Shown here: positions 1-12,838 of the stretch, piece after piece
Numbering within the stretch: position 1 is the stretch's first letter
How the letters are laid out: each line of letters opens with the position of its first letter
NCBI GenBank assembly: GCA_964035545.1
Contig: OZ037769.1
Location: forward strand, 1,364,001 to 1,428,000
DNA: 64,000 nucleotides
Source: Bugula neritina
Lineage: Eukaryota; Animalia; Bryozoa
Direction of reading: 5' to 3'
The notes under the pieces: model-generated
Told to the model about the DNA's origin: nothing
Seen by the model: the letters and a program-made list of their open reading frames with translations, nothing else
The model's database searches: none
Translations under genes and position numbers: made by a program

Positions 1-26
1 GATAAGTTTCACAGGCTACATCTTAC

Positions 27-3000
27 CATCTCTTCTGTAGAGGACCTCGGATATGTTTTTCCCAACAGAAGTGTCAAAGTTGGCCATGAGAGGGGCAACG
101 TACTGGCTAGCAGTGAGGAAGGAGTGTAGAAAATCGCTCATGTATAGGAATCCTGAACAGAGAGAAATAGCAGGGAATTACACAGAGTATTCCGTAGTAG
201 CAGCCAAAGTAGGGAGATGACTCCCTGTAGTAATGCCCAGTATTTATAAGTACTGATGAAACATTGAAATGAAATGTTAATATTCATAGCTGAGCTTTGA
301 ACAATAACTTTAAATGAACAAATACAGTATGAAATACTCGTCATTAATATTATATATAATATACATTACAGCCAAATATAGTAATATACAGTATAGTTAT
401 ACATAGTAATATAATACAGTTGTCATATGGTAAAATAAAGTCAAGTTATATATAGTAATATACAGTAGCCTACAGCTATACATAGTAATATATACAGTAT
501 AGTAATATAATACAGTAGTCGTATGGTAATATCAAGTTAAGTTATATATAGTAATATACAGTATAGTAATATAAAACCTCATATAGTATAGCTACTGAAA
601 CAATTGTAGCCAATAAACAGTATAAATAGGAGCCACACACATGTACACAAAAGCTCACACATGTAAATTATCCAGTATTATGCAACTGACTTTACATAGC
701 AGTCCCAGATAAACACTAATCTGTTTAGTAATCCATGTTATTAACAACATCTAATACACAGTAACACATCTTCAACACACACAACCTGTCACTTTGAATA
801 TGAATCACTACAGATATATAGCTGGGTAACTGTACAAGATGTCTGTATATACAGCCAATACCACCACCACCACAACCACCAGATGTCTCTCTACTTCCAC
901 CAGATGTTTGCCTACCTACACCAGGTGATGTGTTCAGTTATGTATACTTTAAATGTAAAATATATTAGCCTTTATAAAGAGAAAACCAATTATGAACATG
1001 TGCTAAAGAGAGGGCAATTCATTATATTGAAAATATTGTAAGAATAAAGTATGTTTAAGACCATGTTCAAAAAGTTTCTCCCAGTCAAATGTTGATGCTG
1101 AGGTTCCAATCAAATCATCAACAGATTAGAATAAAGAGCATCAACCACACATGAAACTCTTAGAAGCAGAGAACTGTTGAAGGAAATGGAATGGAAAGAG
1201 AAACTACATTAGTATAAACAAGTTCATATGATTCTCTCCTATTATGACGATGCATTTTTTCAACTTATGTAACTTCAAGCAGCCTATTGTGTTGACAAAA
1301 GGAAAACAATACGCCTAAGTGCTTCAGCTACAGCCTATAGAACTTATGTATAGAGAGCATAAATAGTTATATAATGAGTGCTTTTAAACCACGTGCTAAT
1401 GCGTGCGTCAGATGAGTTCTAGTCAATAACGTCAACATGCTTGCTTATGAGTTATATATACTCTCTGATTACACTGCTTACTATGCAATATACTGTCTAC
1501 CATCTTTGGGTCAGCCTTGCATTACGTTCTGTAACAGAGTTGCTTAGCTTTTTAATTTAAACTTGCGTTGGGGACTGCTTTACTTTACTTGTTAGATCAT
1601 AGATATTAGCCACTGACTTAACTAAACACAAACACTAAACACAGTATATAGTTCAGTGGACTTGAGTTGACTTGAGTCACGACTTGAGACATGACTTGTT
1701 ACTTGCCCTTGACCACAAAGAAGACTGAGAACAGAAGGAAAGACTTCACATGATGGAGCTAGCAGGACTAATCACTGTACGACAACCAAATAAGACAGGA
1801 AGAAGAGCCATACGGGGCGAGTCCCTTGTTCATCAGCTGAGGATATGCCGGTTAGAACTCGGAATGTCAAGTTGATAATTTATTCATTCCCAGCACGAAA
1901 CTGTTGACAAGCTGCATAATCAGCTGCAACTCACTAAGTTGATGTGGCCAGCAACATCGGAGCAGGCCAAATGAATACCAAATGAGCTCCAATAGTAGAA
2001 CAACCCTCCCCCCCCCCCCCCCACAGTCCAAGGTGAAAGGGAGCGGAGGGGGGAGGGGGTAGGGATAGTTAGTAGCTGAAACTAACTAATCATTTCAAAA
2101 AGTAATCAAAACCACAAAATACTATCAGTTGGAGGAAGAGAAAGGAAGGGTGAAGCTGCATAATAGAATATTTCTCAATAACCACAACACTAATCCATCA
2201 TCTGCACTCATTGCAATGTAGTATTTATATACATAATCTCCCATGTTTACTAGCACTGTCCACTGACCATGACTCATGTACTACTATAACTATATACTAT
2301 ACACTCTGCTAGGAACTCACACTATACACTCTGCTAGGAACTCACACTATACACTCTGCTAGGAACTCACACTATACACTCTGCTAGGAACTCACACTAT
2401 ACACTCTGCTAGGAACTCACACTATATACTCTGCTAGGAACTCATACTATATACTCTGCTAGGAACTCATACTATATACTCTGCTAGGAACTCACACTAT
2501 ACACTCTGCTAAGAACTGACACTATACACTCTGCTAAGAACTCACACTATACACTCTGCTAGGAACTCACACTATACACTCTGCTAGGAACTCATACTAT
2601 ATACTCTGCTAGGAACTCACAGCTAAACATAAAACTTAACTTCTGATATGAATAAAGGAAGTTACGTATCACTCACCACCAGTAGCGACTGTGACTGTGT
2701 TCACCATGTGGCCGTAAAACTGGAAGTCAAAGTGAAGAGGGATTTTCTACAAGCAGAGGAAATGTATTGATTAATTTTTAACTACACGGTGTTTATAGTG
2801 TAAGCAGTTGATTAAGTATTGATAGTGATGCAGTACCTGCAGAGTTAGTGGCAGTTACTAACTAGTAAGAGTAGTAACTAGCAACTCAACTGGCAACTCA
2901 ACTGGCAACTCAATCAACTAGCAACTCAATCAAGTAGCAACTCAAATGGCAACTCAATCAAGTAGCAACTCAATCGGCTAGCAACTCAACTGGCAACTCA

Positions 3001-4625
3001 ATCAACTAGCAACTCAACTAGCAACTCAATCAGCTAGCAACTCAACTAGCAACTCAACTAGCAACTAGAAAGTCTCACCACAGCCAGTCTGTACGCATCC
3101 TGTAGACTCTTATGACGAACAACTCTCTCCTCATCTGGTCCGGCCAGCTCCCGCCAGAAATCTGCACCTCCCAGACTCTTGTCTACATACTGGATAGTGT
3201 AGTAGTTGGTCCTGTCCTGTGTTAAGGTCAACACACAACATTACAGAGTGTTTGATACATTACTGTGTATTTATACATTACAGAGTATTCCATACATTAC
3301 AGCTCAGGGTAATATCTAACCTCACTTTACGTGATAACAAAAGCAGTAATCCATAAAGTACTACTTGCTGTGTATTCTAAATTATGCATGCCTAACAAAT
3401 AGAAACTAGATTTTATCCTAATGATTCCAAAAATTGACGTAACAATACAAATATATGTTTGATGACTTGTGTGCCAGTGAACTAGCTTAGAGAATTGTTT
3501 CACTAAGTGCTAATGTTATAGTTGTGATACACATGTGTGTATTTATCCACTATAAAATCTCATTACTATACTACATTAGACCTAAATACATACTTTTAAA
3601 CCACAAGCCGTTTGTTAACCTTTCACCAGCATGTCCTGATCAGACGACAGGTTTAAACTACATACAGTGAAATTATTACTATTATTATCTTTCCTTCTCC
3701 AGTAAATCATCTCACAAAGCACTGCTATATAATTTTGTATTTCTATTACTAAAACAAACTCCCTGAATGTAACACAGAGACGAACAAACACCCTGCATGC
3801 TTTCAATACAGAAGGCATCTCACCTCTTTGATTATGGAGGTGAAAGGGGTTGTGCCAGTGGTGGAAGGAGAAGCAGTAGTGGTAGAGGGGTTGGGGATAG
3901 ACTGCCTTCGTACTCGCACTAAGTTATCTGAACTAAAGCTGGATGACACTTCTGTGTTGTATGTTATTTCTTCAGCTGAAACAGTGGCTATTCCTCATTA
4001 GACTAACGTCATGACCATAATTAATTATACACATTTACATGTGCTGTGTGTATAATCACAGTGTAGTGTAGAGCCCCATTAATTATACCAGGAAAGGTAA
4101 GGCCGGGTAGGCTTTCAGGAGCCCGCAGTCACTTTAGGTACTCAAACTAAGTATTCCAACACTTATACAAAACCTACGGACTAATGGAAGGCCTACTGAT
4201 GTAAATATGTGTATTAAATATACCTTTTAGAAGTACTAGAAAGTAGTAATACGTTTGTTGGGAGTGGATATTTTATCAAACTGCGTACAATTGTGAAATA
4301 TTTCTTCTATCAGTCTAACATACTCAAAATACAATTTAAGTGGTTTGTTTAGCGATTAAAAGCACGTATCTTTAATTTCAGTACACAAAAACATCAACTA
4401 ATGACCACTTGTAGTGAAAACCTTTACCCCACCTGTGTAGTTGCTGTGAGTCTGTCAATAAAAAGAGGAAGCTGGGTCAAGATCTTCAATAAGCATCATA
4501 AAACAATAAAAGCTACCCACAATGCAGGTGACAGAGTTACCTGATATTTTCTGGGAGAGTATAAGGAGTCCCACCAATGTCAAGGTGAAATATTGAAGTG
4601 CATTACGCACAGCGTCTTGCATCAT
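27..4625 (-). CDS. PLXDC: Plexin domain-containing protein (PLXDC1/2, TEM7-like), 5' part; gene continues beyond the window start
   Basis: GT-AG exons ~4541-4625 (signal peptide MMQDAVRNALQYFTLTLVGLLILSQKIS), 3824-3975 (RVRR furin-like site, S/T-rich), ~3078-3216, ~2677-2746 and 27-152 splice in frame. They give [46 protein letters not shown], matching the PLXDC hallmark (FDFPFYGH...TIATGGFI...LTATQY.APLMANF). Confidence 0.9.
2296..2621. repeat. Intronic minisatellite, 25-bp unit CACACTATACACTCTGCTAGGAACT, ~13 copies
   Basis: Directly visible tandem array. Confidence 0.95.
2875..3068. repeat. Intronic tandem repeat, 12/16-bp AGCAACTCAA(TCAA)CT units
   Basis: Directly visible tandem array. 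Confidence 0.9.
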
Positions 4626-5956
4626 AGTTGATTATGTCTTTTTTTGGTGTTCTGCAAAGTTAGAAATCAAGCTGTATTCAGATATCAACAACATTCTAAG
4701 ACTTCACACCTAAAACTTCTCAATATACAATGCTGTAATGTCCACAACTGCACTATATGAATGGACGAGTCAATAAACTGAAGTTCAAAGTTCACTAGAG
4801 TTAACAGCATTCACCTGTTAAGTTGTTCAGTCACCTTGAAATCTATTAACTATGACAACAGGAATTTCACTAGTTTTGTATAAATAATTGAAATTAGGCT
4901 CTACGTTTAACCAACTACAAAGATAACTGACCAAATTAGCAGGATTACCAAAGGTAAACAGTGCATTACAAAACGCAGTACTAATTACTGTTTAAGTTTA
5001 CCCCAACAGTAAAGGCTATATCAACTTTAAATTGTCAAAAAAAATTTCCTAATACTACTAGAGACATGCATGAATATAGTCTAAAACTGTAACCTTTATT
5101 TTAAGTTACAGTAAAATATTAGTTGAAATACAATCATGTGCTTAACAACTGCCATTATTTCTAGACCATTTGCTAGCCAGTTAGTCATAGCTCAGTTTAG
5201 GAATAATTTACAAGAGAATTTACATTTTTAATTAATGTTATAAGCTTTAATATATTAAACTTAAACCCCAAAGTTTGAAATTCTGAAAAACTAAGCCTAC
5301 ACTCAAGACCTGATGAAAGCAAAGTTTTAACTTTATACTACACAAAACAGATATGAAAGGAATCCATTACATTGTGGAATGATTTTAGACTGAGAGTCTG
5401 AAAATTAATTTTTTTAAAGTTGTAGACAAAAAAACTAAGAAATAGAAGTATCATTCTAATGATTGTCATCAGACTGTAAAATCCAAAAAACTTGTGTTGA
5501 GAATGTATTCAGAATAAGTACTAACTTCATAGTTCACATTTAATCTAAATGAATAAATGAATAACCGATAATTTTACAACAAACTTGATATTCCATGTAA
5601 CAACATAAAGCTTTTCTCTAGAAACTAAGTACAGTAATTGAGATTGGATTCTTCTACTAAAAAATTCCAACAAAAATATTTCAATCAGACCTGTCAAATC
5701 TTATATTTTGACCTATTAAAAATAAACTTGAATACAGAACCACACTAAGATCTAGAGTAACATTTAGTATGACTATGAAATAAAAATTACTGACCATTAC
5801 TGAGGCAAAGATAATTTAGTTTTACAATTCCTCAACAAATAATAAGCAGATTATTATAATTAATATTATTAACACTTCCTAAATCTCAATCTGATACTCA
5901 TAGCCATACTGATCTAAATTATTAACACAATAATTGAATAAATAGTAACAGTAATA

Positions 5957-6425
5957 CAGTCGGTTTCATTCCAAATAGGCGCTTCCCAGTTAGACGCTAC
6001 TTTTTATTTTGGTGCCATATAATTATCTAGTAATATACCTATATATACCTATATAACTGTTGCATTGATTGCTTAATAGCTAATATGCTAATAGCTATAA
6101 CAGCTAACATGAATTATCTGGAATAATATTCTAATTTTCACAGATTTGTGTGGGACAAAAAACAGTAATAATACACATTATCCTTAATAAATGAATACTC
6201 ATTAACAAAATATTTGTTTAAACAAGAAGCAAAAAATATGTTTAATTAATATGTTAATGCATATCAAAGAAATTTATGTAGGCTATGTACGTGCTCAATA
6301 CGTGCTTTATTTAAATAGACATATATTTAAATAATATTCAAATAAATTGCACATAAAATATATATTGTACCAATATAAATTAATAGCGTCTAACTGGGAA
6401 GCGTCTATTTGAGATGACACCATTA
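5957..6425. mobile_element. MITE-like non-autonomous DNA transposon (Tc1/mariner-pogo-like ends)
   Basis: Inverted repeats CAAATAGGCGCTTCCCAGTTAGACGCTA (~5972-5999) and TAGCGTCTAACTGGGAAGCGTCTATTTG (~6384-6411) with one mismatch. The left end begins TA|CAGT, and the interior is AT-rich and non-coding. Confidence 0.65.
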
Positions 6426-6689
6426 CCATACAGTCAATATAGGCAGTATCAAAATCATAATAATGGTGGCTTAACTTACTTGAAATTTCAATTTGAATTG
6501 TAAATTTATCATTAAATTTAATAATATTAATATCAATATTAATAATAATAATATTGCAATACTAAAGTAATACTAAAAGTATTAGTAATACTAATAGTAA
6601 TACTAATAGTAATACAGACTAATACTTTACCAATTACTTGGAATAACTATTACTATTAGTATTACTATTGCAGTGAGTATTAGTATTAT

Positions 6690-6836
6690 TATTAGTATTA
6701 ATATTAATATTAGACTTACTAACTCACTTAGTATTAGGCTAGTATTACTATTACTATTACTAATAGTAATAGTAATACTAGCCTAATACTAACTCTAAGT
6801 GAGTTAGTAAGTCTAATATTAATATTAATACTAATA
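6690..6836. repeat. Near-perfect palindrome, 70-bp arms, 1-nt loop
   Basis: 6690-6759 is the reverse complement of 6761-6836 apart from a 6-nt insertion (CTCTAA) in the right arm. Confidence 0.9.
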
Positions 6837-8361
6837 GTAATAGTATTAGTATTACTATTAGTATTAGTATTACATTTACTATTACTATTAGTATTACTAT
6901 TAGTATTACTATAGTATTACTATTACTGTATTAGTATTATTAATACATATTTTAATAATACTAATAGTAATAGTAATATTATTTACTATTACTATTACTG
7001 TATTAGTATTTAGTCCATTACTATTACTATTAATATTTACTTTTAGTATTACTATTAGTATTAGTATTACTATTACTATTACTATTAGTATTACAATTTC
7101 AAATTTGTATTACTAGTAATAGTAGTAACTATTACTAGGTCATAGAAATAAATTCATACTGATTAATGATGATCATATTTATGCTATTAAACATCTCTAC
7201 AGTAACTAGTATTACTATAAAGCGCAAAGTTAAACTTGAATACTTTTATCGTGTACGTACAAGTAGTATTACTATTGTTATATTTTTTCACTTCGACCTA
7301 AGCCGATGACTCGATCTTCTATTTCAGTTATTTGCTATTATTGAAATTTTCGGGCATTGGCCAATCATTGGTGCAGAAAAGATCTTCAACTACATTGTAA
7401 CGAAGATGCGAAGAGCCCCGCGAGAAAAATCTGAAAACCGGGTATAAGGGTTACGCACGCTTGATAAATACCGATTAGTGTCAACAAATTATATTCTCCT
7501 ACTGATATTATGGAAAAGATCTCAATGGTTGTACTCGCATGAAATTTAACGATTTCTGTTTCTCAATTTCTCATCTCAGCCTGAATTTTTCTATTTACCA
7601 TTTTCCACTTACCATTGGGATTGGCATTTGCCATTTGGCATTTACTATTTGGTTATTATTAATAATATAAATATATTTATAGTTGTTTTAACTTTAGTAA
7701 AACTAAAATTTAAGTAAAATTAAAGCACAAACTGAAACTGCTGTTACTTATAGTTATCGTAATAGTTATTATTAATAAATATGATATTTAATATTTATCA
7801 TTTTATGATTTTATCGTGATATCTAATTATATATTATAATTATTAATAATAAATTAATATTATTGACTTTTACTAAAAGAATAAATTTAATATTTGTTAA
7901 GTTAAAGTTAGCTTTTTCAAAATGTAGCTACGCTTACTGTTAGTGTTGAACTTGAGTGAAAATTTGATGAGCTTGAACTTGAACTTGAGTTGAAGACTTG
8001 TCTTTTTTAGTTGTAAGCGTATTTGGATTTATAAAACAATCGATCATAATAACTCTAACTTTTAAGTGATGAAGGTTTTGATTTTTAAATGTTGAAATTT
8101 GAAACTGTGTTTCAGTTTGGGTGTGTACCGTGTAGAGACTAAACTATTCTCTATCACTCAATCAACCCTAGCAATTTAACTTTTTTTAATTCTCACTCAC
8201 ACTCACATTACGAATTTTATTTGTTTCTAAAGCAGTTAATAGCTACTTACTAACAATAACAGCATAGCAATAGCATTTTAATATTATTTTTAGCCGAAAA
8301 CTAATAACTACAGAATTCATGCTCCTGGTGTTCTCACATTAATGTTTTCTCCCTGACTTGA

Positions 8362-11300
8362 ATGGCACAGGCTGTGAGTATTTTTATTTTAAATTGAGTA
8401 AGCTTTGCAATCACTTTTTTATAATAATTTTCAAATGAAAAAGTCACACGCTTCTATATTGGACTGCGTAATTTTTCAATGTCTCTGTTCATATTGTAAA
8501 AAAGACAACCTTCCTTTTAGCAACATACTTGTAATTTGTTTTCATTTGCAGAGTTAATTCCTCATAGACGGTAAATTTTTAAATCACCAATGCATAATTT
8601 ATTTCAGTGCAATCATTTGCTGTATTCATTTATGTAATGAATAGATACCGTTGCATGAAATAGTAAAAATGAATTGTTACTAATTGCATAATTTATTCCT
8701 ACCAAACTATTCAACAAGATAAATTTACTGCATGTTGCTCTTGAACCTTAAACTTTCCTGTGCATGCCTAGAATTTTAACCAATCATCGTTGAGCTTTTA
8801 GAATTATGCAACATCTGCTTTAAACTGTTTATCTTGCAATGAGTCTCAATCAAGATTTTCACATATATACCTCTAGCTTTACAGTAATAGTCTTGCCTTT
8901 TGACTAAATTTGTCCAGCTATTTCTTATGCAATAACTACAATTTTTTAGATTCATAAATTCATGATAATTAGAATTGCACTTTGACTAATGAATTCCACA
9001 AACATAATGTCTACTTAACGTTATATTGTGAACAGGGTAAACACTACATAACCTTTTCTCCCATGATGCCCTCTCAACAGAACGGGGATTGTCTTCCCTG
9101 CTTACAGAGATGTGCATCTGGTAGATGGAAGGTCATAGCTTTGGTGGCCATCATTGTCATTCAGTCTGTAGTCATGTACACCGGCTATATGTGTGGGAAT
9201 CGTAGGCCTTTGTCTGTGAGTATTAGAGTAGTACCACTGTGTAGTCATGTACTGTGACTATTACCACTGTGTAGTCATGTACTGTGAGTAGTACTGCTGT
9301 GTAGTGACATACTGTGAGTAGTACTATTGTGTAGTGATGTACTGTATTAGAATAGTATTACTGTGTAGTCATGTAATGTGAGTAGTACTACTGTGTAGTC
9401 GTGTACTGTGACTATTACCACTGTGTAGTCATGTACTGTTAGTAGTACTGCTGTGTAGTGACGTACTGTGAGTAATACTATTGTGGAGTGATGTACTGTG
9501 AGTATTAGAGGAGTACTCACATACAGTAATTACTAAAACAGGTTTAAACAGTGTAGATAGATAAATTGTTGATATGCTGTACGCTGTAATATGATGAATT
9601 ATATAAGCTGAAGTAATTTAATGGTGCACTATATTCTGCTGCTCTGCACTATAGGTCACACCCTTGCTTTCATCAAGGCAGCGTGCCGCTCCATCTCCAC
9701 AGCAAGATGCTGCCTCATCTCCTTCGAAAGACGCTGCTGTTTCACAGAAAGATCTTACTGCCACTGCCAAAACTGCTGCTTCAACTGCTGCTGAAGTCAC
9801 CAAGACAGAAGAGAAATCAGGTTCAGAGAAGGAGTTGAAGCAAAGGTTCCCTCACTTCATCATAATAGGAGTGAAGAAAGCTGGGACCAGGGCTCTACTG
9901 AACTACCTTAACATGCATCCTGATATTGAGACAGCTAGCATGGAGGTGAAATAGTATACACAGTGTGTAGATATAGTATATACAGTGTGTAGACATAGTA
10001 TATACGGTATATAGACGTAGTATATACAGTATATGGACATAGTATATACAGTATATAGACGTAGTGTATACAGTATATAGATGTAGTATATACAGTATAT
10101 AGACATAGTATATACAGTATATAAATATAGTATATACAGTATATAGACATAGTATATACAGTATATAGACATAGTATATACAATATATAGACATAGTATA
10201 TACAATGTTATATAGAGATTTGTATATATAATATCTTCAGGTGCATTTCTTTGACCGAGATGACTCGTACAAGGAAGGACTGGAGTATTACAGGAAACAG
10301 ATGCCATTTTCTTACTCCAATCAGCTGACGGGGGAGAAGTCACCGAGTTATTTCAGAGAGCCGGAGGTTCCAGAGAGAATTCACAAGTTCAATGAGTCCA
10401 TCAAGGTAACGCTACTACAGTACTACTACAGTGTGTAGTACTAACTACGGTGTGTAGCAGTAACCACAGTGTGTAGCAGTAACTACAGTGTGTAGTACTA
10501 ACTACAGTGTGTAGTACTAACTACAGTGTGTAGCAGTAACTACAGTGTGTAGCAGTAACTACAGTGTGTAGCAGTATACTAGCTACATAACTACATACTA
10601 ATATACTATCGTACGGTATATAGTAAAACAAATTCTATTGGCTGGCTTTAGCTGATCCTGGTTGTCAGAGAGCCAATAGAAAGATGCATGTCTAACTACT
10701 TGCAACACGCAGACGGTCAAGAGGACTTCCCGTCATTTGAAGCCTCAGTTCTTCTGCACAATGGGGAGGTTAATCCGAGATCTGCTCACATTAGAAACTC
10801 AGACTACAATGCGTAAGTCCTTGACCCTGTCACCTGTCATGTTGGTGTGTCATGCTGATGTGTTGAAACAGGTGTTATTTAGATTTAGATTGAGTAAAAG
10901 AAAAAATACACATATTACATATTATAATATATTTTATCTGTTGAGTAAAGGGTTCAATTATCAGTTAAATAACTTTTCATTAGTTTATTGAGAGTTACCC
11001 TTCCATAGTGCTTTATCATTGGCATGATTGTATTATGAAACAAAAGTTCAATTAATAATTATAGCTTTGTACACATAAGAATGAAACTGAGACTATCATA
11101 TTCCACTGCACTATTATTTGCTATAGTATTGCTACTACATAATATGCATAATACTACATTACTGTAGTTGATTAATTGTGCTATAGTATTGCTACTATTG
11201 TACATAATATACATAATATACATAATACTGTAGTTGGTTACTTGTGCTATAGTTTGCAACCTTGCTCACAGGTATATAGACAAGTGGTTAGAGTTGTTTC

Positions 11301-11819
11301 CCCTTGATCAGATTAATGTAGTGGATGGAAATCTCCTTATCAAGTCTCCTCATGTTGTGCTCAAAGATTTACAAAAGTTCCTGGGAGTTCGACAATATAT
11401 TGATGAAAGTACGTAGCTTTAGCATAGTTCAAGTTGTTTCTAATAAATTTTTTAACAAACTATTGAACTGCTTTGTTTTCCACGGAAGTTTGTTTGAATC
11501 TTTAATGTTTTACCATGTATGGTATGTTTATATCGATAATGCCTGAATAGTGACTCGTAGATAAAGCCAGACTTTGACTTTCACTGCCTGCGTGTTTCTA
11601 TTTGTAGGTTTCTTCAAGTATGACGAAGAGAAAGGATTTTATTGTTTCTATAATCGCTCAGAGTCTCTCAAATGTTTGGGGGACTCTAAGGGCAGGCCTC
11701 ATCCACCCATCAAAGCTGATCTGAAACTTAAGCTATATAAATATTTCAAGCCAAAAAATAAAATGTTTTTTGACAAAATAAATAAAACGTTTGACTGGGA
11801 GTTGAAAGTAGAGTCATAG
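8362..11819 (+). CDS. HS3ST: Heparan sulfate glucosamine 3-O-sulfotransferase (type II Golgi membrane protein)
   Basis: Exons 8362-8373 (MAQA, tentative), 9036-9215 (TM segment VIALVAIIVIQSVVMY), 9655-9945, 10241-10405, 10652-10812, 11272-11408 and 11608-11819. Motifs: 5'-PSB IIGVKKAGTRAL, EVHFFD, EKSPSYF, 3'-PB LVVREPIERCMSNY, KGFYC..KCLGDSKGRPHP. Confidence 0.93.
9951..10205. repeat. Intronic minisatellite, 22-bp unit (TAGTATATACAGTATATAGACA)
   Basis: Tandem array filling most of the intron; it generates the spurious ORFs at 9895-10343. Confidence 0.9.
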
Positions 11820-12838
11820 TGAAAACTTGTTTATTTTGCAAGATAAGAATTTTAAACTAAAGCTTTAGAAGAACTCGAATTTTTGTCAAACCTCAAAACA
11901 TTGAGTCAGTTTTGTTAATCTGATTACCTTAAGTACCACAAACTGTTTATATTAAAGAGCTGGATTGATCGGCAACTATTTTTATTTGACTGTCTATACG
12001 CATCATAGTGGTGGACCGTAAAACTATTGGCTTACAAGTTATTTTCATATTAGGAAACTTTCAGCTTTAAAATTTATTTCCTATCTACTTCAACGCTATA
12101 GAATACCATTGTTAATAAATTTTGGACGGGCTATTTTATACCCTGTAATAGCTCTTCCATTTCTCTGCCATTTTACTCCTATATTCTATGAAAACTAATA
12201 GCTGTGCTCACAGCTTACCTGGTACGCACTTAGTTGTGTGTTGGTGCATTTAGTATTACATAGTTGGATTAAGGTGTATAAACTCCAGTATTGAACAGCT
12301 ATTATCTGTATTATTGTTTATATTTTCTAGATATGATGTTTAGTTAGTAGATTTTATTCAGAATTTCAACTCTATTTTATCTCAATTTTATATTCATAAC
12401 TTTGTTGTTTTGTGCACATTATATGCCATTATAATTATTAGTTACACTTTTTACGTGTCATGTTGCAACTCAGAAAGTAATATTTAGATGGTACAGTTTA
12501 TTTAATAAAATGTCTTACAAATAAATCAGACCTTGAGATCTTTTCTCAATAAATTTTGTTGGGAAACTTGCTAATTTGACTGCAAAAATTTAAGCATATA
12601 AAATGAATCTAATGAAAATATACGTTTATCTTGTAATTATTTCTCTGTCTGGTTACAAATTATATCATAAAATTACCTTATAGAAACCAGGTTAAAAACA
12701 ATTATTAGAAGAAATGTTCAAGTCTCAAAGAATGAATGAGTCTACAGAACTGTGTAGTCTATTTTTGTAAATTAGCAATATATGAATATATGAATGCTGT
12801 TGAACAAAAACTATAAAAATAGAACATAAAATAAAGTT

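Noticed and set aside
9895-10343. Long Y/I/C/T-rich ORFs here and at 15874-16419, 46010-46299 and 63473-63868
   Set aside because: They are translations of intronic minisatellites or low-complexity DNA, with no protein-like features.
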